Of a DNA stretch of 27,573 nucleotides, positions 16,096 to 25,213 are shown in pieces; within the stretch, counting starts at the first letter, position 1, and the number at the start of each line of letters is the position of its first letter. Source of the stretch: a virus; IMG/VR virus record IMGVR_UViG_3300035683_000002, positions 73,117 through 100,689 of that record. One strand, given 5' to 3'. Under the pieces are notes generated by a model. That model searched no databases. It worked only from the letters and a program-made list of their open reading frames with translations, and was not told the origin of the DNA. The position numbers and the translations under genes are program-made.

Positions 16096-16129
16096 GAAGG
16101 CCCGGCCCGTCAGAGGGAGCCGGGCCTTC
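16096..16129 (+). promoter_or_regulatory. Intergenic hairpin (CAGA-loop element, copy A) before the tail chaperone
   Basis: GAAGGCCCGGC / GCCGGGCCTTC 11-bp stem; no U-tract. Confidence 0.5.
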
Positions 16130-16158
16130 ACCCATTCCAGGGACAGAGGAACACCCCC

Positions 16159-16575
16159 ATGGACATCGCCGTCACCGACATCTCCGCCGCCTCGGAAGAG
16201 GGCCGGAAGATGCTTCTCATCCACCCCGTCACCGCGATCGCCTTCCTCGACGAGAACAAGAACCCGGTCGGCATCACGCTCCGCGGCCGCCACTCCGACG
16301 TGGCCCGCGAGCTGCTGCGCCAGATCAACGACGAGCGCGCCGCGATCGTCGGCACGGGCCGCGAGATCACCGCGGCGGAGAACGAGGAGTTCAACACCCG
16401 CTACCTCGTCGGCATGACGGTGTCCTGGGATTTCAACAAGCTGCGCGGCGAGGAATTCCCCTGCACGCCGGCCAACGCGCGCCGCTTCTACAACGACAAG
16501 GGGTTCAAGCATTGGCGTGAGCGGGCGCTGTACTTCGTGCAGCAGGACGGCAATTTTTTGGCCGGCTCGGCCTGA
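16159..16575 (+). CDS. Tail assembly chaperone (lambda gpG analogue)
   Basis: HPVT...GITLRGRHSD, SWDF...CTPANARRFY; ends DGNFL at a slippery site. Lies between the tube and tape measure genes. Confidence 0.85.
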   Translation: MDIAVTDISAASEEGRKMLLIHPVTAIAFLDENKNPVGITLRGRHSDVARELLRQINDERAAIVGTGREITAAENEEFNTRYLVGMTVSWDFNKLRGEEFPCTPANARRFYNDKGFKHWRERALYFVQQDGNFLAGSA

Positions 16576-16591
16576 GGGTTCAGGCCTGGGC
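16554..16591 (+). promoter_or_regulatory. Programmed -1 ribosomal frameshift signal
   Basis: Heptamer T TTT TTG (16554-16560) in frame, followed by hairpin GCTC-GGCCTGA-GGGT-TCAGGCC-T-GGGC (16565-16591). Confidence 0.8.
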
Positions 16592-16943
16592 AAAGCCAGT
16601 CTTCAAGCTGGACGCGCCCGGCGCTGACGGCATCCCGCTGCGGCTTCACCTCGAAGCCGCACGGAAGGCCGGAGCGCCCGTCAAGGAGCTCGACACGGGC
16701 CCCGCTCCGCCAGAGCTGCACTTCCTCTGGCCTGTCTTCCTGAAGCTCTCCGCGCGCCGCCCCTACTCGGGCGGCAACCCGCTTCCGATCCCGCACACCG
16801 AGGTCGAAGCCTTCTGCCGGCTGCGCCGCACCCGGCTGAAGTCGTGGGAGCTCGAAGTCCTCGAGCTGCTCGATGCCTGCTGGCTCGAGGTCATGCGCGA
16901 GGCCCTGCGCGCCCTGAACAAGGCGGCCGCCCCGGCCGCCTGA
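16560..16943 (+). CDS. -1 frame extension of the tail chaperone (gpT analogue; expressed as a G-T fusion), not in the ORF track
   Basis: Open -1 frame with no start codon near its 5' end: GRLGLRVQAWAKPVFKLD...LHFLWPVFLKLSARRPYSGGNPLPIPHTEVEAFCRL...SWELEVLELLDACWLE...* (TGA 16941-16943). Typical LW..F..L..R / PI...E..A / WE...LD pattern. Confidence 0.85.
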   Translation, partial: GRLGLRVQAWAKPVFKLDAPGADGIPLRLHLEAARKAGAPVKELDTGPAPPELHFLWPVFLKLSARRPYSGGNPLPIPHTEVEAFCRLRRTRLKSWELEVLELLDACWLEVMREALRALNKAAAPAA

Positions 16944-16946
16944 ACC

Positions 16947-16977
16947 GAAGGCCCGCCCCCCAGACGGGAGGCGGGCC
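16947..16977 (+). promoter_or_regulatory. Intergenic hairpin (CAGA-loop element, copy B) before the tape measure gene
   Basis: GGCCCGCC...CAGAC...GGCGGGCC; sequence-related to copy A. Confidence 0.5.
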
Positions 16978-16996
16978 CCCCCGCGTGAGGTGACGC

Positions 16997-19900
16997 ATGG
17001 ACGTCGCGAAGCTCCAGTTCAGCATCGACAGCACCCAGGCCCGCGACGCGCGCCGGGACCTCGAGGAGATGCGCCGGGCATCCGTCGACGCCGCCAGCCA
17101 GGCGGCGGAGCTGTCGCGCGGCTGGGAGCGCGGCTCGCCCGTCGCCGCCGCCTTCCGCGAGCAGTTGCGGGGCAACGCCGCCGAGGCGCGCGACCTCACC
17201 TCGACGATCGACGGCCTGGTCGACCGCTTCGGCCGCCTCGCCCGCGCCCAGCAGGACGGGCTGGCCACGCTGCGCGAGGTGCAGACCGTCTTCACCGAGC
17301 TGGAAGCGACGGGCCGAATGTTCGGCACCAACGCCTCCGGCCTCGAGACCTTCAACCGCGCCTCCCGCCAGCTCGCCCTCGATGCCGGCCAGTCGGTGAC
17401 CGCGCTGCGCGCCATGACCGCGGCGCTCGAGGGCCTCAGCGCCCAGGGCCAGGCCGCGCGCGGCGTGCTGGAGAACTACGGCGTCCGGGTCGAGGGCCGC
17501 AGCCCGTCCGAGGCCGGCACCGTGCTCCGCGAGTTCCAGAGCCAGGCCCGCCGCTTCGCGCCCGACCCGCTCCGCCGGCAGGAGCTGGCGATGTTCGGCA
17601 TCGACAGCCCCGAGGCCGTCCGCGCCTTCGAGTTCCCGGAATACCGCTCGATCGAGAGCCGCGCCGGCGAGGCCCGCCGCGCCGAGCTCGGCGCCGACGT
17701 CAGCAGGATGCGCGAGCGCCGGCTGTACAACGAGCGCGAGGCCGACACCCGCGCGGCGCGCCTGGCGGACATGGAGAAGGAGTGGGGCGCCCGCGAGAGC
17801 GGCGTTCCCGCCTGGCTCAACGCCATCCCCGGCGTCGGCTCCATCATCCAGGGGATCGACCGCGCCACCACCTCCGACGCCGAGCGCCTCCGCGCGCTCG
17901 AGGCCCGCGCCATCGAGGGCGCCGCGCGCGGCGAGCAGCCCTACTCCGGGACGATGCAGGGCCGCCTCGACGCGGCCACCGGGCGGGCCAGCGACGCCGG
18001 GCTGATCTACAACCCGCTCCGCAACCCGATGGCCTGGGCCATCACGCGCTCCTTCGCGCCCTTCGCCCAGATGGCGGGCGAGTACGCCAACTCCGACGCC
18101 TACGCCGAGCGGAGCGCGGTGCTCGACACCCGCTACCGCCTCGACCGCGAGACCGACACCAGCCCCTTCGGCTTCGCGTCCCGCATCGGTGACGCCGGCC
18201 GGCGCATCCGCCACTTCCTCGGCGACAGCAGCTTCGTCCGCACGGTCGCCGAGGAGATGCCGGAGGACCGGCGCCCGGTGAACGAGCGCCTGCCCGAGTA
18301 CCAGCAGGGCACCCAGAACATCCTCCGCCGCGGCCAGCTGTCGCCGATCGAGGAGGCGCGCCGGAACATCTACATCAGCGCCGCCCGCGAGTTCGGCCTC
18401 GGCACCGATGGCTGGGACCGGATGCGGCCGGAGGAGATCTGGAACCTCCGCCCCGGCACGCCGGGCGTCCGCCAGCCCGCCCCGATCCGCGACGGCGCCA
18501 CCCCGCCCGGCCTCCCGGAGGTGATGTCGCCCGACGGCTGGAGCCCCGACGGGATTCCCGCCAACCCGACCCGCCCGCAGGGGGAGATCGGGCAGGGGGG
18601 CTATTGGGACGGGCAGCGCAGGGCGGTCGAGGGCCGGCTCTACGCGCTCGATTCCGTCGCCAACCAGGAGTTCGACCGCGCCCTCCAGCCGATGCGCGAC
18701 ACCCGCGCGGCCGCGCGCCGCGGCATGGAGGAGACCGGCACGCTGGCCGGCGGCGAGCGCGCCGCCTATCAGGCCGAAGCCGAGGCCCGGGCGAAGAACA
18801 GCCTCTTCACCACCGAGCAGCAGCAGCACCGCCTCCGCATGGAGATGGCGGAGTTCGATGACCGCCGCCGCCTGATCGCCCAGCAGAACGTCACCGTCAC
18901 CGAGGAGCAGACCCGCGCCGTCGAGGCGCAGACGGTCGCCTTCCGCGCGGCGATCGCCGAGGGCCGCACCTTCGCCGAGGCCCAGGGCATCGCCGCCCGC
19001 GCAGGCCTCGACACCCGCGAAGGCCAGAGCCCCGCCCGCGAGGGCATGGCCGGCGCCCAGGCCCGCTCGATGTGGGTCTCGGCCGAGGCCGACGCCTCCT
19101 TCGGCCGCGGCCGGATGGACGACAGCCTCCGCGAGGAGAGCCGCCGGGTGGGCGCCATGCGCACCGGCGGCGCCGACGCGCTGGCCGCGCTCAACGCCGA
19201 ACTCGCCAAGACCGCCGAGCTCGCCCCCCTGATCGCCGCGGCCGAGAAGCTCCGCGGGGAGGAGCTCGAGCGCGCCCGGGCCCGGATCGGCGAGATCTCC
19301 ACCCAGTTCGATGGCCAGCTCGAGCGCGCCCGCGCCCTCGGCTCGGAGATGCGCCTCCTCCAGCTGCGGAGCGACAACGCGGCCCTGCAGGGCAACCTCC
19401 GCACCGAGGACGGGATGCTCGGCGCCGACGGCACCACCGCGCCGCGGAACATCCGCATCCGCCGCTTCATCCAGGACAACGCCGAGACCGCCTACAGCCC
19501 GGCCGAGCTCCGCCAGTTCGAGGGGATGACCGGCTCCACCCGCCGGGACGCGATGTTCCAGCGCCTCGACGAGCCCCGCCGGGCGGAGCTCCGCCGGCGC
19601 TACGAGCTCGGCGAGGAGGGGCGCCTCCTCGATGAGGAGCCGATGCAGGTTGCGCGCAACCGCATCGCGGAGGTCAGCTACGGGGCGAACCCCCTCAACC
19701 GGATCGAGACCGCCCGGGAGCTCGCCCGGATCCGCGGCGAGGCGCGCGGCGCCAGCCCGGCCGAGATCCGCCGCGAGGTGGACCTGGCGGGCATCGAGGC
19801 CCGGGTGCCGATCGAGCAGTCCACCCGGCAGTTCTTCCGCGACCAGGCGAGCGCCCGGGAGACGGCGGAGGCGGACCTCGCCTGGTTCCGCTCCGGTCGC

Positions 19901-22465
19901 GACTCACGCCCCGGCATGCCCTTCTGGGCGCCGACGGCCGACGGCCGGATCCCGAACCGCGGCCTCGACGGCGGCGAGCCGGTGCCGGTCGAGCGGCAGG
20001 AGCCGATGCCCCGGACCCGGGAGGCGGCGGTGACGCCGCCGACGCCGGCCGTGACCCCTGAGTCGGCGCAGGCCGCCGCGGTCCGCTCCTCCACCGAGGC
20101 GGTCACCACCTTCACCACCTCCGTCCGGGAGGCCGCCGAGGCGCTGCGCACCCTCTCGGGGGCCAGGACGCCCGGGGGCGCGCCCGCGAGCCCTGGCGCC
20201 TCGGCCGAAGCGCCCGCAGCCGCCCCGCGCGAGCGCCCCGCCGGCAGCCCGGCGCCCACCGCGCCTGCTCCCCAGTGGCCCGGCCCCGTCACCCCCTTCC
20301 CGGAGCCGGAGGCGGTCCGCGGCTCCCTCGTGCCGCCCACCCGCTTCGATCCGGTGGCCGAGACCACCCGGGCGCTCGGCGGCGACCGCATGGCCGCGCG
20401 CCGCGCCGCGCGCACCCCGGGGCCCTTCGGCCCGCCCGTGCCGCCCCCGCCGGTGCCCGACGCCGAGAACCCGGCCGACCGCATCCAACCGATGCCGCCC
20501 GAGCCCTTCGGCCCGCCGGTGCCCTCCCGCCCGGCCTCGCCGCTGCTGGAGCCCCTCCCGGCCGCGCCGGAGGCCCCGGTGGGCATCGCCCCCCAACGCC
20601 TCGCCGGCCCGCGGGTCGAGGCGCGGCTGCGCGCCATCGCCAGCGAGATGGGCGTGCCGGAGGAGATGGCCGTCCTCCTCGCCCGCCTGGAGAGCGGCGG
20701 CCAACACTGGAAGCAGAACGGCGAGATCACCACCAGCCGCGCCGGCGCCCGCGGCCTCCTGCAGCTCATGCCCGACACCGCGCGGGAGCTGCGGGTCGAT
20801 CCCGACGACCTCGAAGGGAACATGCGCGGCGGGCTCCGCTACTTCCGCGACCAGCTCAACACCGCCGGGGGCAACTTCTACGGGGCCTATGCGGCCTACA
20901 ACGCCGGCCCCAACCGCGACAGCGTCCGCACCTTCCAGGCGACCGGCGACGAATCCCGCCTGCCGCTCGAGACCCGCAACGCCCTCGCCCGCGCCCGCCG
21001 CTACGCCGGCGAGGAGACCGTCGACCGCGGCACCGTCCCGGAGCCCGCCGCCGGCCTCTCGACGGTGCAGCGCGCGGACCTCGGCCGAGGCGGGAACGCC
21101 CGCCCCGCGACGATCGAGGAGATCCGCGCGGTCCTCTACGGCAACACCGACCGCCGGGAGGTCGCCGCCGGGGTCAACGCCCGGATTAACGCCGGCACCC
21201 TCTTGCCGGGCGAGCGCGGCAATGCCGAGGCGGCCGACATCTCCACCCGCGCCACCCGCGCCCTCGCCGACTTCGAGAAGCAGGTCCTCGAGACCTCCCT
21301 CGCGCTGGCGGAGAGCGAGCGGCGGATCGGCGCCGGCTCCGCCTACGAGCGCGGCGCGCAGCGCGCGGAGGCCTCGGCCGACATCGCGGCCGACCGGATG
21401 CGTGGCCTCGCCAGCCGGCTGCCCGAAGGCGACCCGCGCCGCGCCGAGCTGATGGAGGCGGCCGGGCAGCAGCGGCCGCTCGCCCGGCGCCGCTACGACC
21501 AGAACCTCCGCGAGCAGTCCCAGCTCGAGGACCGCCAGCAGCAGGACCAGCTCTCCGACGAGCAGTTCAGCCGCACCCGCTGGTGGCAGTCCTCCTGGGG
21601 CCTGCAGCGCGACCTCGGCATGCGCCGCGAGGACCGCCGCCTCCGCGACACCTACGGCGACACGATGAGCGAGGACGAGCGCGGCCGGCGCGTCCAGCAG
21701 GCCGGCCAGCTCGGCGAGTACTCCGAGCTCAACCGCGTCACCGCGATGGCCCGCGAGAGCTTCCTCGGCCTCGGCCAGGACGCGAGCCAGGCGCTCGGCC
21801 AGATCATCATGCAGGGCGGAAAGGCCAAGGACGTCATCGCCTCCCTGCTGGCCCAGACCGCCGCCCGCGGCGCGCAGCGCGGCTTCGGGATGCTGCTGTC
21901 GATGGGCATCGACGCCGTCGGCGGCTACCTCACCGGCGGCCCGGCCGGCGCGCTCGCGGGCGCCGTCTCCGGCGCCAGCCGCGGCGCCACCGGCGCGGGC
22001 ATCGCGCTGTCCGGCGGCTCCGGCACCACCGCGTCGGGGATCGGCGTCGAGACCCTCGGCCCGATCGCGCCCACCACCGTCGCCGCGGCGCAGGGCGCGG
22101 TGATCGGCCCGGCCGGCCCGCTCCGCCACTTCGCCCAGGGCGGCGTCACCGACACGCCGACCTACTTCGGCATGGGCGACGGCGGCCGCGGCCTCATGGG
22201 CGAGGCGGGCCCCGAAGCCATCCTCCCGCTCACGCGGCTCCCGAACGGGAACCTCGGCGTGCAGGCCGGCGGCGGCGGCGGCGGCGGCGTCACCCAGCAG
22301 ATCAACGTCCACGTCGGCGGCGGCGGCGGCGGCGGGAGCATCAGCGCCGAGGACAGCCGGCGCATGGCCGAGGCCGTCCGCCAGGCCGCCTACCGCGGCG
22401 CCGAAGAGGCCATCGCCAACAACAAGCGGATGGGCGGGATGCTGAACCCCGTCTTCGGAGGCTGA
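16997..22465 (+). CDS. Tape measure protein (1822 aa) with a Pro-rich linker and lytic transglycosylase (SLT) domain
   Basis: N-terminus MDVAKLQFSIDS; long helical body. SLT motifs LES, GARGLLQLMPDTA, AAYNAGP and ETRN at ~20618-20990. C-terminal FAQGGV..PTYF...GLMGEAGPEAILPL motif. Confidence 0.92.
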   Translation: MDVAKLQFSIDSTQARDARRDLEEMRRASVDAASQAAELSRGWERGSPVAAAFREQLRGNAAEARDLTSTIDGLVDRFGRLARAQQDGLATLREVQTVFTELEATGRMFGTNASGLETFNRASRQLALDAGQSVTALRAMTAALEGLSAQGQAARGVLENYGVRVEGRSPSEAGTVLREFQSQARRFAPDPLRRQELAMFGIDSPEAVRAFEFPEYRSIESRAGEARRAELGADVSRMRERRLYNEREADTRAARLADMEKEWGARESGVPAWLNAIPGVGSIIQGIDRATTSDAERLRALEARAIEGAARGEQPYSGTMQGRLDAATGRASDAGLIYNPLRNPMAWAITRSFAPFAQMAGEYANSDAYAERSAVLDTRYRLDRETDTSPFGFASRIGDAGRRIRHFLGDSSFVRTVAEEMPEDRRPVNERLPEYQQGTQNILRRGQLSPIEEARRNIYISAAREFGLGTDGWDRMRPEEIWNLRPGTPGVRQPAPIRDGATPPGLPEVMSPDGWSPDGIPANPTRPQGEIGQGGYWDGQRRAVEGRLYALDSVANQEFDRALQPMRDTRAAARRGMEETGTLAGGERAAYQAEAEARAKNSLFTTEQQQHRLRMEMAEFDDRRRLIAQQNVTVTEEQTRAVEAQTVAFRAAIAEGRTFAEAQGIAARAGLDTREGQSPAREGMAGAQARSMWVSAEADASFGRGRMDDSLREESRRVGAMRTGGADALAALNAELAKTAELAPLIAAAEKLRGEELERARARIGEISTQFDGQLERARALGSEMRLLQLRSDNAALQGNLRTEDGMLGADGTTAPRNIRIRRFIQDNAETAYSPAELRQFEGMTGSTRRDAMFQRLDEPRRAELRRRYELGEEGRLLDEEPMQVARNRIAEVSYGANPLNRIETARELARIRGEARGASPAEIRREVDLAGIEARVPIEQSTRQFFRDQASARETAEADLAWFRSGRDSRPGMPFWAPTADGRIPNRGLDGGEPVPVERQEPMPRTREAAVTPPTPAVTPESAQAAAVRSSTEAVTTFTTSVREAAEALRTLSGARTPGGAPASPGASAEAPAAAPRERPAGSPAPTAPAPQWPGPVTPFPEPEAVRGSLVPPTRFDPVAETTRALGGDRMAARRAARTPGPFGPPVPPPPVPDAENPADRIQPMPPEPFGPPVPSRPASPLLEPLPAAPEAPVGIAPQRLAGPRVEARLRAIASEMGVPEEMAVLLARLESGGQHWKQNGEITTSRAGARGLLQLMPDTARELRVDPDDLEGNMRGGLRYFRDQLNTAGGNFYGAYAAYNAGPNRDSVRTFQATGDESRLPLETRNALARARRYAGEETVDRGTVPEPAAGLSTVQRADLGRGGNARPATIEEIRAVLYGNTDRREVAAGVNARINAGTLLPGERGNAEAADISTRATRALADFEKQVLETSLALAESERRIGAGSAYERGAQRAEASADIAADRMRGLASRLPEGDPRRAELMEAAGQQRPLARRRYDQNLREQSQLEDRQQQDQLSDEQFSRTRWWQSSWGLQRDLGMRREDRRLRDTYGDTMSEDERGRRVQQAGQLGEYSELNRVTAMARESFLGLGQDASQALGQIIMQGGKAKDVIASLLAQTAARGAQRGFGMLLSMGIDAVGGYLTGGPAGALAGAVSGASRGATGAGIALSGGSGTTASGIGVETLGPIAPTTVAAAQGAVIGPAGPLRHFAQGGVTDTPTYFGMGDGGRGLMGEAGPEAILPLTRLPNGNLGVQAGGGGGGGVTQQINVHVGGGGGGGSISAEDSRRMAEAVRQAAYRGAEEAIANNKRMGGMLNPVFGG

Positions 22466-22467
22466 GC

Positions 22468-22914
22468 ATGCCGATCGTCCTCACCATCGGGGGCGCGGTC
22501 GTCACCCTCAACGACGACCGCTCCGCCTCCGTCGCCGGCCCGATGCCCGCGACGATCCGCTCCTTCCCGGTCTGGGTGCCGCCCAAGAACCCCGACCAGG
22601 AGCCCGACTTCCAGGAGAAGCCGAACCTCTACATCTCGCGCTTCGGCGACGGCTACAGCCAGGAATCGCCCGCCGGCCTCAACCACATCGACGGCGACAT
22701 GGCGCTCTCCTGGTCGATGCTCACCGTGACCGACGAGGAGGCCATGCGCGCCTTCATGCGGGAGCGGGGCGGCTACAAGCCGTTCTGGTACGGCCTGCCG
22801 GGCGACAGCGTCATGTGGCTCTGGAAATGCCGGGCCTGGAGCGGCGGCGAGCGATCCTTCGGCATCCGCCGCTTCCGCGCGCAGCTCTCCCGCGCCTACG
22901 ACCTCGGCGCCTGA
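22468..22914 (+). CDS. Minor/distal tail protein (lambda gpM-like, 148 aa)
   Basis: FGDGYSQ...GLN motif and F..ERGGYKPFWY...C..WS; follows the tape measure gene. Confidence 0.88.
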   Translation: MPIVLTIGGAVVTLNDDRSASVAGPMPATIRSFPVWVPPKNPDQEPDFQEKPNLYISRFGDGYSQESPAGLNHIDGDMALSWSMLTVTDEEAMRAFMRERGGYKPFWYGLPGDSVMWLWKCRAWSGGERSFGIRRFRAQLSRAYDLGA

Positions 22915-22917
22915 CCG

Positions 22918-24282
22918 GTGGGCAAGCAGCATCGCCAGGCGCGTCAGGCCTCGCCTGACGCGCTCGTAAGCCTGTACTCGCTCGACATCACCAAGTACGG
23001 CGGCCCCGTGCTGCGCTGGACACCCGGGCCGCTCGGCTCGGCCAGCCGCAACACCATCGCCAACCACAGCCTCGCGCAGAACGGCACCGGCTGGACGGCG
23101 CAGAACCTCACCGCCTTCGGCCCGGCCAATGCCCTCGGCGCCGCCTTCGTCCTCGCCGATTACGGCTCGGGCCACCTCGCGCGCTCGGGCGCCGTCACCG
23201 ACGCCGGCCGCCTGATCTCCTCCGGCGCCTTCAGCGCGACGAACAACGTCGCCGAGGCCGGGCAGAGCTGGGAGGCGCAGGTCCGCGTGCTGCCGATCCG
23301 CGCTCGCGCCCGCGTCGACCTCACCTTCCTCACCGCCGCCGGCGGCGTGATCCTCTCGATCCCCTCGACGGTGGTGACGAACGCCGGCGCCCCGGCCTCC
23401 GCCCGCTCGCTCGACGACTACACCCGGATCCACGCCCGCGGCGTCGCACCCCTCGGCACCGCCCGCGTGCGCCTCGACCTGGTGATGCTCCCCCTCGACG
23501 GCGGCAGCACCGACCCGCGGGTGGTCTTCGCGCTGTCCCAGGTCGCCCGCGTCACCGACCCGCTGGCGCTCACCCCGGAGGACCAGCTCCGCCTCGACGA
23601 CCTCGCCGGCACCTTCCAGATCAACCGCGCGACCGGCGGCGTCGACACCGCCCATGGCGGCCCGATGCCCTGGTCCGAGGGCCGCGGCGTCGGAAAGATC
23701 GCCTTCGGCGGCATCACCTACGAACCCTTCCCGCTGATGATCGAGAGCATCAGCTGGACGGTGCGCGGCGCGCAGCCGCGGCCGCGCGTCACGGTGCCCG
23801 ACATCGACAGCCAGGCCACCGCGCTCGTCGTCGGCTACTCCGAGCTGCGCGGCTGCCCGGTCGAGCGCCGCCAGGTCTTCGCGTCGAACCTCGACGGCGG
23901 GCGCGACCCCGACCCATCGGCCTTCTTCGGGCCGGAGCGCTGGTTCGTCGATCGCCTGGCGCGCCACGCGCCCGGCGAGGAGGTGGTGCTGGAGCTCGTC
24001 AACGCGCTCGACCTGCAGGGCAAGATGCTCCCCGCCCGGCAATGCATCCGCGACAGCTGCACGCATGTCTACCGCCGCTGGAACGGCTCGGTCTTCGTCG
24101 GCGGCACCTGCCCGTTCAACGGCACCCAGAACGGCAACTTCATGTACAAGGCCGACGGCACGGCGACCTTCAACCCGGCCGAGGACAACTGCGGCCGGCG
24201 CGTCGTCGACTGCGACAAGCGCTTCCCGAACGGGCAGCCGCTTCCCACCCGGGCCTTCCCGGGCATGTCCAAATACAGGTGA
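22918..24282 (+). CDS. Tail tip protein L (lambda gpL-like, Fe-S Cys motif) with a ~220-aa insertion
   Basis: LYSLDIT..GG..LRW, FGGITYEPFP, QPRPRVTV, LPARQC, and C-terminal C...CPFNG...DNCGRRVVDCDKRF...FPG. Confidence 0.88.
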   Translation: MGKQHRQARQASPDALVSLYSLDITKYGGPVLRWTPGPLGSASRNTIANHSLAQNGTGWTAQNLTAFGPANALGAAFVLADYGSGHLARSGAVTDAGRLISSGAFSATNNVAEAGQSWEAQVRVLPIRARARVDLTFLTAAGGVILSIPSTVVTNAGAPASARSLDDYTRIHARGVAPLGTARVRLDLVMLPLDGGSTDPRVVFALSQVARVTDPLALTPEDQLRLDDLAGTFQINRATGGVDTAHGGPMPWSEGRGVGKIAFGGITYEPFPLMIESISWTVRGAQPRPRVTVPDIDSQATALVVGYSELRGCPVERRQVFASNLDGGRDPDPSAFFGPERWFVDRLARHAPGEEVVLELVNALDLQGKMLPARQCIRDSCTHVYRRWNGSVFVGGTCPFNGTQNGNFMYKADGTATFNPAEDNCGRRVVDCDKRFPNGQPLPTRAFPGMSKYR

Positions 24283-24287
24283 CCCCG

Positions 24288-24458
24288 ATGGCTGACACGC
24301 TCCCCAGCTTCAACGCGTGCGAGGCCGCCGTGCAGGCCGGCACCGCCACCCTCCTTCAGAGGTTCATTTTCGACAACGAACCGGCCGGCTCGGTCGCCGA
24401 GAGCGAGTTCCGCGCGGGCCTCGCCGCCCTCCTCGCCGAAGCCCGCGCGGGAGGCTGA
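24288..24458 (+). CDS. Small hypothetical protein (56 aa)
   Basis: MADTLPSFNACEAAVQAGTATLLQRFIFDNEPAG...; fills the L-K gap almost exactly. Confidence 0.6.
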   Translation: MADTLPSFNACEAAVQAGTATLLQRFIFDNEPAGSVAESEFRAGLAALLAEARAGG

Positions 24459-24461
24459 CCG

Positions 24462-25208
24462 GTGTTCGACCCGAGCGTGATGGCCGCCATCCGGCGGGAC
24501 GCGGTCGCGCGCTTCCCCGAGGAGAGCTGCGGCCTGGTGATCGAGGGGAGGGGCTACGTGCCCTTCGCCAATGTCGCGCCCGAGCCCGAGCTCGACTTCG
24601 AGATGCCGCTCGCCGCGGCCGAGGCGATCGCCGCCGGCGGCGCCGGGGCGGCGAGCCGCGTGCTCGCGGTGGTGCACAGCCACACCAACGGCCGTGACCA
24701 CCCCTCCTCGGAGGACATCGTCCAGCAGATCGCCCAGGGCATCCCCTACGGCCTGACAGTGACCGACGGCGGCGACGCCACCGAGCCCCTCTTCTGGGGC
24801 GACAGCCTCGCGCTCGAGGTGCCCTACCTCGAGAGGATCTTCCGCTGGGGCCCGACCGGCACCGACGGCAAGGGGGACTGCTGGGCACTCGCCCGCGACT
24901 GGTACCGGCGCGAGCGCGGGATCCTCTTCCCCGATTTCCCGCGCGACGGCGACTGGCAGGACGACCGGCCCGACCAGTACGACGAGAGCTGGGCGCCGCT
25001 CGGCTTCCGCCGCGTGCTCCAGGACGACGCCCAGCCGGGCGACCTGGTCCTCTTCAGCATCCGCCACCGCGGCCGCGCCAACCACGCCGGGATCCTGCTG
25101 GAGGGCGGCCAGCTGCTGCACCACCAGCACCGCCGCCGCAGCTGCTCGGTCTACCTCGGCGACTGGCAGCGTGACGCCGTCGCCTGGCTGCGTCCTCCAG
25201 CCGGATAA
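24462..25208 (+). CDS. Tail tip assembly protein K (MPN/JAB + NlpC/P60)
   Basis: EESCGLV and HSHTNGRDHPSSED (JAMM motif); DCWALARDWY, NHAGI and LLHH (NlpC/P60 Cys-His-His). Confidence 0.92.
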   Translation: MFDPSVMAAIRRDAVARFPEESCGLVIEGRGYVPFANVAPEPELDFEMPLAAAEAIAAGGAGAASRVLAVVHSHTNGRDHPSSEDIVQQIAQGIPYGLTVTDGGDATEPLFWGDSLALEVPYLERIFRWGPTGTDGKGDCWALARDWYRRERGILFPDFPRDGDWQDDRPDQYDESWAPLGFRRVLQDDAQPGDLVLFSIRHRGRANHAGILLEGGQLLHHQHRRRSCSVYLGDWQRDAVAWLRPPAG

Positions 25209-25213
25209 ACCCC

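Noticed and set aside
22264-22335. GGC trinucleotide runs (also at 6570-6592 and 7178-7230)
   Set aside because: They simply encode in-frame poly-Gly linkers; no evidence of phase variation.
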